Positions 28,787 to 36,453 of a stretch of 64,000 nt of DNA are shown piece after piece. Under the pieces are notes generated by a model. That model made no database searches, was not told the DNA's origin, and saw only the letters and a list, made by a program, of their open reading frames with translations. Numbering within the stretch: the stretch's first letter is position 1; every line of letters begins with the position of its first letter. The position numbers and the translations under genes are program-made. The DNA is from an uncultured Muribaculaceae bacterium (GTDB lineage Bacteria > Bacteroidota > Bacteroidia > Bacteroidales > Muribaculaceae), in assembly GCA_964587165.1 (NCBI GenBank), contig CAZPKH010000004.1:9397-73396 (forward strand), read 5' to 3'.

Positions 28787-28864
28787 TCACATGCATAGCA
28801 ACTTCGCCCCCAGAGCAGACCGGTGGTGATGGAAATGATGGATGTGACGGCTGATGCTAATCAT
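28787..28864 (-). CDS. Putative his operon leader peptide MISISRHIHHFHHHRSALGAKLLCM
   Basis: 25-codon ATG..TGA mini-ORF, not in the track. It has 6 His codons at positions 7, 9, 10, 12, 13 and 14. It ends 32 nt upstream of the terminator's 5' arm. Confidence 0.65.
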   Translation of the reverse strand: MISISRHIHHFHHHRSALGAKLLCM

Positions 28865-28981
28865 AATGAGCAACGTCGATTTCTGTTCGACGGCTGCAAA
28901 GTTGCACAAATTATTTTTATCAGCCAAACATTAGATGCGTTTTTTGTGCGATTTGTTTTTTCGATTCAGTCGATTCTGCGG

Positions 28982-29085
28982 CAAGAGCAGTCTCGGAGCT
29001 TAAACTCGGAGCGCGCATACTTTCAGGTTGCGCAGCAAGCAGCAGCTGAAGGAAGTGTGTCGCCGAGTCACGATTATTTTGTAAC
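28982..29085 (+). repeat. Structured intergenic repeat, copy C
   Basis: Blocks CAAGAGCA (28982), CTCGGAGC duplicated (28992, 29005), hairpin GCGCA-N11-TGCGC (29013-29033), GGAAGTGTGTCG (29051), CCGAGT (29063), then TTATTTT. It is related to the copies at 36316 and 43474-43598. Confidence 0.6.
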
Positions 29086-29114
29086 TTCGCAGTGGTTTTA
29101 TGACATGACGTGGA

Positions 29115-29867
29115 ATGATTACGAAAGATAAGGTTACCGGTTTTGTGTGGCAACACACGCTTTTGCTTGTCTCAATGTTTTTCATGACGCTGGGTGTGGC
29201 GCTGTGCGTGCGGTCAAATCTCGGCAGCGGGGTGATCTCGTCGATCCCTATGTCGTTTACGCTCGCCGGAGAGGCGGGTCTTGCGCCGGGGTGGACTATC
29301 GGGGGATATACCAATGTGATGAACATCATCCTTGTGGCAGCCCAGGTGTTGATACTGAGGCGGCGGTTTGAGCCGGTGCAGTTGTTTCAGCTCGCGGTCG
29401 GCGTGGTATTCAGCGCCTTTCTTGACATCAACATGTGGATCACCTCTTTCTTCTCGTACGATGCGCTCTATAGTCAGATCTTCGCACAATTCGCCGGGGC
29501 TACGGTGCTGGGGTGTGCCGTGGCGGCAGAGATAAGGTGCGGATCGGTGACTATGCCGGGCGAAGGGATACAGGTTGCGATAGCGCGTGTCACGGGGCGT
29601 CCGTTCCCGATTGTCAAGATTGCCGTCGACACTACATTAGTTATACTGGCTGTAATATCGGGGTTCTTCTTCTTCGGATCGTGGCCTTGGACTGTAGTGG
29701 GCGCGGGCACGCTGTTTGCCATGTTCTATGTAGGGTACGTGGTCAAGCTGGTCAACCCGCACCTCGGTTGGTTTGACCGCCTGCTCGACTATCGCCCGGG
29801 CTTCCGCCGCTATATCGTCGGGCTCGCGCGCTTTATCTATCCTCAGAGGGAGGGATTTACTGATTGA
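29115..29867 (+). CDS. Multi-pass membrane protein (tentatively YczE/DUF6198-like)
   Basis: 250-aa hydrophobic ORF. The N-terminal pattern MTLGVALCVRSNLGSGVISSIP supports the call. Family assignment is from memory only. Confidence 0.6.
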   Translation: MITKDKVTGFVWQHTLLLVSMFFMTLGVALCVRSNLGSGVISSIPMSFTLAGEAGLAPGWTIGGYTNVMNIILVAAQVLILRRRFEPVQLFQLAVGVVFSAFLDINMWITSFFSYDALYSQIFAQFAGATVLGCAVAAEIRCGSVTMPGEGIQVAIARVTGRPFPIVKIAVDTTLVILAVISGFFFFGSWPWTVVGAGTLFAMFYVGYVVKLVNPHLGWFDRLLDYRPGFRRYIVGLARFIYPQREGFTD

Positions 29868-30708
29868 GCAGCGAGTCGGCCGACGCCGTAAGGTACGGTG
29901 TGAGCTCGAAGGCGGCAAGCTCTACGTCGATGGGGCCTCGCGAGTAGGGGGCTATCTCGTATGGGTTGTAGTGGAACACCACGCCGCCGCCGGATGCCGA
30001 TATATAGATCATGGGGCTGACAAAAAGGTTGTCGACGAAGATGTCGGCCTTGGCCAGAGCTGCCGGATTGCTCAATCCGAGCTGAGCGGCGAGCTCGCTC
30101 TTGATCATTTCGAGCAGACGGTCGGAGGTGCCGGGCTTGAACACATTGTCGAGTGTCAGCACGCACCCTTGCTTGAGGTCGTAGGTGAACGGCGAAGTGC
30201 CCGTATACGGATGTGCGCCGCCGAGATACGAGCTGTTGGATATCTGATATGTGGCTACACGCTCGGTGAGCTCAAGGAGCTTGGCGGTATAGACGATGTA
30301 ATAGTTAGACTGCCGCTCGTTGACTATCGAGTCGATCGGGGTGCAGCTGATCGAGGGGTCGTCGAATATATCGCGGTCGTTGATGAAACCGGCTATGGCT
30401 TTATCGACATCCGTCGCGCCCTGCGACTGATACATACGGCTCAGAAGGGTGTCCTGCAGCGCAGTGAGATCGTAGTCGCCGAATTTCACCGGCCACTGCA
30501 CCGAGGTGTAGACGGTGAGGAAGCACGAATCGGAAGTCTCGGGAAATGTCACGCTGTAGCTGCGTGATGCCGACTTGATGAGCTCATGCACATCAAAGTT
30601 GTGTATCTCGGCTGCGTCGGCCGAAGATTCTGTATTTGAGTTGCGGCACGATACAGCCATAAGCGCCACGGCAATAACGGGCGCGAGAAGGAGACGGGTA
30701 GATTTCAT
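29857..30708 (-). CDS. DUF3298/DUF4163 (RsiV/PdaC-like) lipoprotein
   Basis: 283 aa. Lipoprotein signal LMAVSC. The DUF3298-like core is SNSSYLGGAHPYTGTSPFTYDLKQG. Confidence 0.7.
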   Translation of the reverse strand: MKSTRLLLAPVIAVALMAVSCRNSNTESSADAAEIHNFDVHELIKSASRSYSVTFPETSDSCFLTVYTSVQWPVKFGDYDLTALQDTLLSRMYQSQGATDVDKAIAGFINDRDIFDDPSISCTPIDSIVNERQSNYYIVYTAKLLELTERVATYQISNSSYLGGAHPYTGTSPFTYDLKQGCVLTLDNVFKPGTSDRLLEMIKSELAAQLGLSNPAALAKADIFVDNLFVSPMIYISASGGGVVFHYNPYEIAPYSRGPIDVELAAFELTPYLTASADSLLNQ

Positions 30709-30877
30709 TCTGTTTATCCTGCTGATATTCTTTACAAAAGAAACATTGCGGAAGCATGATGCTTTCGTGGGTACAAATTACTGTTTTTCTCGCGATATTT
30801 CCAAACTTTTCAGGGGCGAATGATAGCGCGTGATGGCACGTATTCACGGTTTTTTAGACTATGTGATGAAAATATGC

Positions 30878-30885
30878 TAACTTTG
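30878..30885 (+). promoter_or_regulatory. -7 box TAACTTTG for the DUF1599 gene
   Basis: Matches TAnnTTTG, 17 nt upstream of ATG 30902. Confidence 0.5.
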
Positions 30886-30901
30886 CACAAAATATCGCGA
30901 C

Positions 30902-31453
30902 ATGAATCCTACTCACACTCAGAAGCAACTTGCCGAAGCGACAGCCATATGCCGCAAAGTGTTCACCGACAAACTGGCCGACTACGGCGCCTCGTGGCGC
31001 ATCCTGCGGCCGCAGTCGCTCACCGACCAGATTTTCATCAAGGCCAAGCGCATCCGTTCGCTTCAGGAGAAAGGGGGCCGCGGAATGGTCGACGAGGGGT
31101 ATCTGCCCGAATTTATCGGGATAGCCAACTACGGCATAATCGGGCTGATACAGCTTGAGCTCGGCAATACTGTGACAGTCGACATCGACACTACGCGCGC
31201 CGTGGAGCTTTACGACCGGTTCATGCACGACACCCTGACACTGCTTACTGCCAAAAATCACGACTACGACGAGGCGTGGCGCTCCATGCGCCTTGAGAGC
31301 TATGTCGACCTGATACTCACCAAGGTGATGCGCACCAAAGAGATCGAGGACCACGCGGGCCACACCGTTGCCTCCGAGGGTATTGATGCCAACTATATGG
31401 ATATGGTGAACTATGCGCTTTTCGGAATCATACGCCTCGCCTGCGCCGACTGA
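30902..31453 (+). CDS. DUF1599 domain-containing protein
   Basis: 183 aa. KLADYGASWRILRPQSLTDQIFIKAKRIRSLQ is typical of DUF1599. This family is commonly syntenic with BT_3928-type and tpiA genes in Bacteroidales. Confidence 0.75.
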   Translation: MNPTHTQKQLAEATAICRKVFTDKLADYGASWRILRPQSLTDQIFIKAKRIRSLQEKGGRGMVDEGYLPEFIGIANYGIIGLIQLELGNTVTVDIDTTRAVELYDRFMHDTLTLLTAKNHDYDEAWRSMRLESYVDLILTKVMRTKEIEDHAGHTVASEGIDANYMDMVNYALFGIIRLACAD

Positions 31454-32774
31454 CGCCCCCGCACCGTCGCCGGAACTCTCGGCATGGATCAAACTGCTGG
31501 TGTGGATATGCCGCATAGTGGTAGGCGGCACGTTCATCGCATCGGGTGTGGCCAAGTGCATAGATGTATGGGGGGTATTTTATAAAATCTCCGACTATGA
31601 GGCCGCCTGGGGTATCGACGTGCCGCGCTCCATCACCCTTGCCGGCGCTTATGCCCTCTCGCTGTGGGAGGGGCTTCTGGGATTCATGCTTCTGCTGGGG
31701 TGCTACCGCCGGGGCGCCGTGTGGCTGCTGCTGGCCACAATGGGCGTCATGCTCCCGCTCTCGATATACATATATCTATACAACCCGGTGGCCGACTGCG
31801 GATGCTTCGGCGACATGATCGTGATATCAAACTCGGCCACATTCTATAAAAACATACTGCTCACGGGCGCACTGATATTCCTTGTGCCGTACAACAAGCG
31901 TGTGCTCCCGCTCATCAGCCGGTATCTGCAGTGGGTGGCCGGAGCCGCCGTGACACTCTACCTCCTGGCGGTGGCTGTTCTGGGATATTCGATACAGCCG
32001 CTGATAGATTTCCGGGCATTCCCCGAGGGAACTATGCTCGCCGAGAGTGATGACGACGACGCACCCGACGCGGCGCAAGAGTATGAGTTCATCTACGAGC
32101 GTGACGGGCGTACGGAGGTATTCACCGTCGACTCGCTCCCCGACGAGAGCTGGACGTTTGTCGACCGCCGACCCGCCGGTGGTGGCACCGAGACTCATGC
32201 AACGACGCATGATAACCTGGTGCTATACGACAGCGAGGGCGACGACGCTACCGCCGAAGCCATCTCCCCCCGGGGCGAACAGATTCTCGTACTCATACCC
32301 GACATCGACCGCATCGATATATCTTTCACATCCTACCTCAACGCCCTCTACCGACATCTGCGCGACACCGGCGGTTCGATGGCGGCAGTTCTGGCCACCG
32401 ACCACGCCGAGCAAGGGATTGCCCTGTGGCGCGACCTGGCCATGGCCGAATATCCTATATATACGGCCGATCCGACCCAGATCAAAGCACTCGCCCGCGG
32501 ACATGTGGCCTTGGTATACCTGCGCGACGGGCGCGTGGTGTGGAAGCGCACCGCAGCGTCGGTCGACGGCGAGACACTGATCGCCGACATGCAAAGCAAG
32601 CCGCTCGACAGCTGGAGGTTTGACGGGCGCTACCTTTTCGCATCGCTCAGCTGGGCTTTGGCAATAATCTTAATTTTTATTATCTTTGCCGACGCAATAC
32701 GGCGCATCGGCCGATGGCTCATCGAAAGAAACCGCCGCATAGCCCGCCGCATGCGCGAGCATCGAAATAACTAA
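31413..32774 (+). CDS. BT_3928-like MauE/DoxX-family membrane protein with a soluble C-terminal domain
   Basis: 453-aa ORF. The N-terminal TM bundle carries VADCGCFGD. An acidic linker DDDDAPD and a C-terminal alpha/beta domain follow. The start is uncertain because it overlaps the DUF1599 gene by 41 nt. Confidence 0.7.
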   Translation: MRFSESYASPAPTDAPAPSPELSAWIKLLVWICRIVVGGTFIASGVAKCIDVWGVFYKISDYEAAWGIDVPRSITLAGAYALSLWEGLLGFMLLLGCYRRGAVWLLLATMGVMLPLSIYIYLYNPVADCGCFGDMIVISNSATFYKNILLTGALIFLVPYNKRVLPLISRYLQWVAGAAVTLYLLAVAVLGYSIQPLIDFRAFPEGTMLAESDDDDAPDAAQEYEFIYERDGRTEVFTVDSLPDESWTFVDRRPAGGGTETHATTHDNLVLYDSEGDDATAEAISPRGEQILVLIPDIDRIDISFTSYLNALYRHLRDTGGSMAAVLATDHAEQGIALWRDLAMAEYPIYTADPTQIKALARGHVALVYLRDGRVVWKRTAASVDGETLIADMQSKPLDSWRFDGRYLFASLSWALAIILIFIIFADAIRRIGRWLIERNRRIARRMREHRNN

Positions 32775-32793
32775 ACAAAACATATAAAACCCT

Positions 32794-33549
32794 ATGAGAA
32801 AGAAAATTGTAGCAGGCAACTGGAAAATGAACACCACCCTCGCCGAAGGCGTAGGTCTGGCTAAAGATGTAAAAGAAGCTCTCTCGCGCGTAGAGCCCAA
32901 ATGCGACGTAGTGATCTGCGTACCTTTCACACATCTCGCTCCGGTGGCTGATGCTATCAATGGTTCTGCCCTCGGCCTCGGCGCCGAGAACTGCGCCGAC
33001 AAAGCCAAAGGCGCCTACACCGGCGAAGTGTCGGCATCGATGGTAGCCTCGACAGGCGCACAGTACGTGATCCTCGGCCACTCCGAGCGTCGCCAGTACT
33101 ACGGCGAGACCTCAGCCACCCTGCGCGACAAAGTGGCTCTCGCACTCGAAAATCAGCTCACCCCCATCTTCTGCATCGGCGAAGTGCTCGAGCAGCGCGA
33201 GAACGGCTCCTACCTCGACGTGGTGAAAACACAGATCGAAGAAGGCCTCTTCAACCTTTCGGCCGAAGAGTTCGGCAAGATCATACTCGCCTACGAGCCC
33301 GTATGGGCAATCGGTACCGGCAAGACAGCCACCGACGACCAGGCTCAGGAGATGCACGCTCACATCCGCTCGGTGATAGCCGGCAAATACGGCCAGGAAG
33401 TAGCCGACAACACCTCGATACTCTACGGCGGCTCATGCAAGCCCTCTAACGCTCCCGCACTGTTCGCCAAACCTGACGTGGACGGCGGTCTGATCGGCGG
33501 AGCAGCCCTCGACGCAGAGTCGTTCATCGGCATCGTCACAGCATTCTGA
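32794..33549 (+). CDS. tpiA: Triose-phosphate isomerase
   Basis: 251 aa. Carries [15 protein letters not shown] and [14 protein letters not shown]. Confidence 0.95.
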   Translation: MRKKIVAGNWKMNTTLAEGVGLAKDVKEALSRVEPKCDVVICVPFTHLAPVADAINGSALGLGAENCADKAKGAYTGEVSASMVASTGAQYVILGHSERRQYYGETSATLRDKVALALENQLTPIFCIGEVLEQRENGSYLDVVKTQIEEGLFNLSAEEFGKIILAYEPVWAIGTGKTATDDQAQEMHAHIRSVIAGKYGQEVADNTSILYGGSCKPSNAPALFAKPDVDGGLIGGAALDAESFIGIVTAF

Positions 33550-33571
33550 TACTCAATCAGATACCATCCCG

Positions 33572-33604
33572 AGAGGCGGCCACCCCACGGTGGCCGCCTC
33601 TTTC
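33572..33604 (+). terminator. Terminator hairpin after tpiA
   Basis: AGAGGCGGCCACC pairs with GGTGGCCGCCTCT, followed by TTCATG. The T tract is short. Confidence 0.55.
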
Positions 33605-33651
33605 ATGTCTGCCCCCGCATATTTCCACACAGCTATTGTGTATCTGAAATA

Positions 33652-33990
33652 TTATTCATAGTTTTGCAAAGCGGAAAAATCAGAGCCTGTCTCTTGATCC
33701 GCAGACATATCAAAAGCGTTTTTTGCTTTATCCTTTACAGGAAATCGCCAAATTTCATATTCACGAAGGAGAAAGCAGTCGACAAAACGCTCATGCTTGT
33801 CGTGTATCCACTCCCCGACAAGGGGTTTCGATATCCGATAAGGCGTGGGAGTGGACTGTTTATTTCGTGTAAGGCGTTTGGCGATGCCTCCTGTAAGATA
33901 GACAAGAACATCATTCCACGCTTTTTTTGTATTATTACTAAACGTCAAATCGGGAATGGAGGCGACATCAAAAGCAAAATGAAAAAGCAT
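33652..33990 (-). CDS. Hypothetical 112-aa ORF, possibly a gene remnant, in AT-richer DNA
   Basis: Open frame with no recognised family. Its start lies inside the neighbouring lipoprotein gene, and I saw no promoter box. Confidence 0.25.
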   Translation of the reverse strand: MLFHFAFDVASIPDLTFSNNTKKAWNDVLVYLTGGIAKRLTRNKQSTPTPYRISKPLVGEWIHDKHERFVDCFLLREYEIWRFPVKDKAKNAFDMSADQETGSDFSALQNYE

Positions 33991-35004
33991 TTCTTTCTTC
34001 TACTTCTGTGCTTGCCGTTGCTTCTCGCTTCTTGCGGCGACGACGACGAACCATCCTCACCTTCCATGCCCCCTGCCTCCGGGTCTGAAGAGTCTGGCCT
34101 GATCGGATACTGGGTTTGTAACGATTACGAAGAGTTCGAAGCCTACCACATTGAGGCTAACGGCGTAGCTACATCACTTTCGGGAGAATACGGAACTCCT
34201 TACGAAAATGAGGAGTACACTACCTACTGGACTGCAACCCACGTAGACGAAATGAAGATCGTCAGCGTAAACACCTCTACACTTATACTGGACGAACATG
34301 GCGATGGCAGCGACATAATAGTATACAGCCGCATATCAGCTGCACAATGGAATAACCTCAGACGCACAGGCACATTGGACGGCAACGGAGGCTCAACGCC
34401 CGACACCCCGGACACACCCTCATGGAGCACATCTGATTTCGTAGGCGTATGGCTCAGTTGGACTAAAGGAGCAGTTTACGAGCTTAAGTCCAACTATAAT
34501 CTGGTATGCTATTATCTGACTGAATCCGGGAGCAATACTTACAAAGAAAAGGTGACCGGAACATGGAGCTACAACTCTACCACACAAAAGATCTCATTTA
34601 ATAAATCTGACGGCTCAAGAACCGAAATCGTCACCGCTGTCAACTCACCGTGGGGGTTCAGAACAACTGACGGATACTGGGAAGCCACCCAAATACCCAC
34701 CTATCGAGATGACAATCCTTCTGCTGACAATTCCCTGCTCCAAGGTACCAAGTGGCAAGGACGAGTGGACGGCGACCTGGTAACTATCGAATTTAAAGCC
34801 AACGGAAAGTTTACTGAAACCTATGATGGGTATTCTACATCAGACTCCTATCAGGTATTGGATGCCAATACCCTGCTTATCGGAGAAAAAACCGTATTAT
34901 CCAACACATTCGGCTCAATAGTAACCTTCACGCTCAACTATAATAAGACAAAAATTACCTTCTCAAACAGTTATGATAAGTGGGAACTGTCACGTATAAT
35001 GTGA
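33979..35004 (+). CDS. Hypothetical lipoprotein with three internal lipocalin-like repeats
   Basis: Start set to MKKHFFLLLLCLPLLLASCGDDDE (lipobox LASC). Three repeats of about 90 aa each begin G.W/GTKW. The gene is visibly AT-richer than its flanks. Confidence 0.7.
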   Translation: MKKHFFLLLLCLPLLLASCGDDDEPSSPSMPPASGSEESGLIGYWVCNDYEEFEAYHIEANGVATSLSGEYGTPYENEEYTTYWTATHVDEMKIVSVNTSTLILDEHGDGSDIIVYSRISAAQWNNLRRTGTLDGNGGSTPDTPDTPSWSTSDFVGVWLSWTKGAVYELKSNYNLVCYYLTESGSNTYKEKVTGTWSYNSTTQKISFNKSDGSRTEIVTAVNSPWGFRTTDGYWEATQIPTYRDDNPSADNSLLQGTKWQGRVDGDLVTIEFKANGKFTETYDGYSTSDSYQVLDANTLLIGEKTVLSNTFGSIVTFTLNYNKTKITFSNSYDKWELSRIM

Positions 35005-35033
35005 TAACCCACTCCTTACCAAAATTCCTCAAT

Positions 35034-35075
35034 AATGAGCCTTGCCTCAGATTCCCCTCTGAGGTAAGGCTCATT
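35034..35075 (+). terminator. Strong hairpin after the lipoprotein gene
   Basis: AATGAGCCTTGCCTCAGA pairs with TCTGAGGTAAGGCTCATT with one mismatch. There is no clear T tract. Confidence 0.45.
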
Positions 35076-35148
35076 ACCCTTTGAGCCGGCAGCGATCAAC
35101 CCCCGACTTTAGATTTTAGATTTATTTGGAGAAACGGCGGGAATATCG

Positions 35149-35156
35149 TACTTTTG
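35149..35156 (+). promoter_or_regulatory. -7 box TACTTTTG for the SPOR-folE genes
   Basis: Matches TAnnTTTG, 29 nt upstream of ATG 35185. Confidence 0.5.
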
Positions 35157-35184
35157 CGGGCAGATACAGCGATACGCACTTCTT

Positions 35185-35670
35185 ATGACAAGAGCACGAC
35201 ATATCTTCATACTTGTTCTCGCCATGATATTCGCAGGAGCCACAGGCGCATTTGCCGCCGAACAGAAAGGCACTCCCTCGATTGTCGACAAGATCATGGC
35301 CGACTCGGCAAGCATCGTCGTACAGCCCGGCGGACTGTCCGAGCGCGTGCTTTTCCATAAGCCTGAAGTGCGCCAGCGCCCCGTAAACAACCGCATGGGG
35401 TATCGCGTGCAGATATTCTCCGACGGCAATCAGACTACCGCCCGCAATACCGCCCGAGCACGCATCCGGCAAGTGTCGTCGCGCTTCCCCCAGTACCGCA
35501 CATATCTTGACTACAAAGCGCCATACTGGCGCGCACGGGTAGGCGACTTCAAGTCGAAAGAGGAAGCCAACGAACTCTCCGGACAGATCCGCCGCGCTTT
35601 CCCTGCCTTCAGCAGCGAGGTGCGCGTGGTGTCCGACCGCATCAGCATCATCGAGCAGCCCACCGAATAG
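35185..35670 (+). CDS. SPOR domain-containing protein
   Basis: 161 aa with a signal peptide. The SPOR core is GYRVQIFSDGN...YKAPYWRARVGDFKSKEEA. Confidence 0.8.
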   Translation: MTRARHIFILVLAMIFAGATGAFAAEQKGTPSIVDKIMADSASIVVQPGGLSERVLFHKPEVRQRPVNNRMGYRVQIFSDGNQTTARNTARARIRQVSSRFPQYRTYLDYKAPYWRARVGDFKSKEEANELSGQIRRAFPAFSSEVRVVSDRISIIEQPTE

Positions 35671-35710
35671 TCTCACTCCCCTTCCCCCTCCATTCATCAC
35701 GCATCAAATT

Positions 35711-36286
35711 ATGGCTGATCAAGATTCACAAACCATAGATCAGATAGCCGAACACTTTGAAGCCATCATACGGCTGCTGGGCGACGACCCCTCGCGCCAA
35801 GGGCTCCTCAAGACTCCCCGACGAGCCGCCAAAGCACTGTATTACTGCACCGGCGGCTATCGCAATGACCCGGCAAAGGTGGTGGGCGATGCCATATTCG
35901 ACCACGAAGGGTCGCGCCTTATCGTAGTGCGCGACATAGAGTTTTATTCGTTCTGCGAGCACCATATATTGCCGTTTTTCGGCCGCGTGTCGATCGGGTA
36001 TATCCCCTCAGGCAAGATAATCGGGATAAGCAAGCTCGCGCGGCTGGTGAACCACTATGCACGCCGACTTCAGGTGCAGGAGCGCCTTACGGCACAGGTG
36101 GCCGACGCACTGATGACGATGCTCCCCGGTTGCAAAGGCGTGATCGTAAAATGCGAAGCCCAGCATCTGTGCATGAAGATGCGAGGCGTTGAGAAACAGG
36201 ACGCATCGACAACTACCATCGACTATACCGGATGCTTTGAGGAGTCGGCCGACATGCGCCGACAGTTTTTCGACGCCCTCAGCTGA
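35711..36286 (+). CDS. folE: GTP cyclohydrolase I
   Basis: 191 aa. Carries FYSFCEHHILPF and ISKLARLVNHYARRLQVQERLT. Confidence 0.93.
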   Translation: MADQDSQTIDQIAEHFEAIIRLLGDDPSRQGLLKTPRRAAKALYYCTGGYRNDPAKVVGDAIFDHEGSRLIVVRDIEFYSFCEHHILPFFGRVSIGYIPSGKIIGISKLARLVNHYARRLQVQERLTAQVADALMTMLPGCKGVIVKCEAQHLCMKMRGVEKQDASTTTIDYTGCFEESADMRRQFFDALS

Positions 36287-36315
36287 CCGCTCCCCGAGCG
36301 CCCCACCCTCAAGAC

Positions 36316-36421
36316 CAAGAGCAAGCTCGGAGGGCGCATCCTTCAGGGTGCGCCGATAACCTACCGCGTAGGTAATGTGTCGAACCCCAAAGGACTCAAG
36401 ATCTGAACGTCCGGGCTCCGA
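36316..36421 (+). repeat. Structured intergenic repeat, copy B
   Basis: Blocks CAAGAGCA (36316), CTCGGAG (36326), hairpin GGCGCA-N10-TGCGCC (36333-36354), GATAAC, GTAATGTGTCG (36372) and CTCCGA (36416). It starts 30 nt after the folE stop, in the same orientation. Confidence 0.6.
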
Positions 36422-36453
36422 ACATACCTTACTTCCCTCAATTTATCAACGCT

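Noticed and set aside
28935-29003. 22-codon Phe-rich mini-ORF MRFLCDLFFRFSRFCGKSSLGA upstream of, and running into, repeat copy C
   Set aside because: I considered it as a possible Phe leader peptide. The Phe codons arise from a plain T-rich promoter-like stretch, the downstream gene is not a Phe biosynthesis gene, and copies A and B have no equivalent ORF. I keep it only as a remote possibility.
28823-29131. 102-aa plus-strand ORF spanning the his leader and repeat copy C
   Set aside because: It overlaps the His-leader mini-ORF antisense and runs through a repeat element. It has no motif and no promoter box, and the leader and repeat explain it better.
30854-31561. 235-aa ORF antisense to the DUF1599 gene
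   Set aside because: It is an antisense frame of a gene with a clear family signature and its own promoter box.
33664-33978. 105-codon 5' extension of the lipoprotein ORF
   Set aside because: The extension lacks signal-peptide character. A canonical lipoprotein signal (MKKHFFLLLLCLPLLLASC) begins at the internal ATG 33979.
35122-35700. 192-aa ORF antisense to the SPOR-domain gene
   Set aside because: It is an antisense, Gly/Ala/Arg-rich frame, and the SPOR protein with its signal peptide and promoter box explains the locus.
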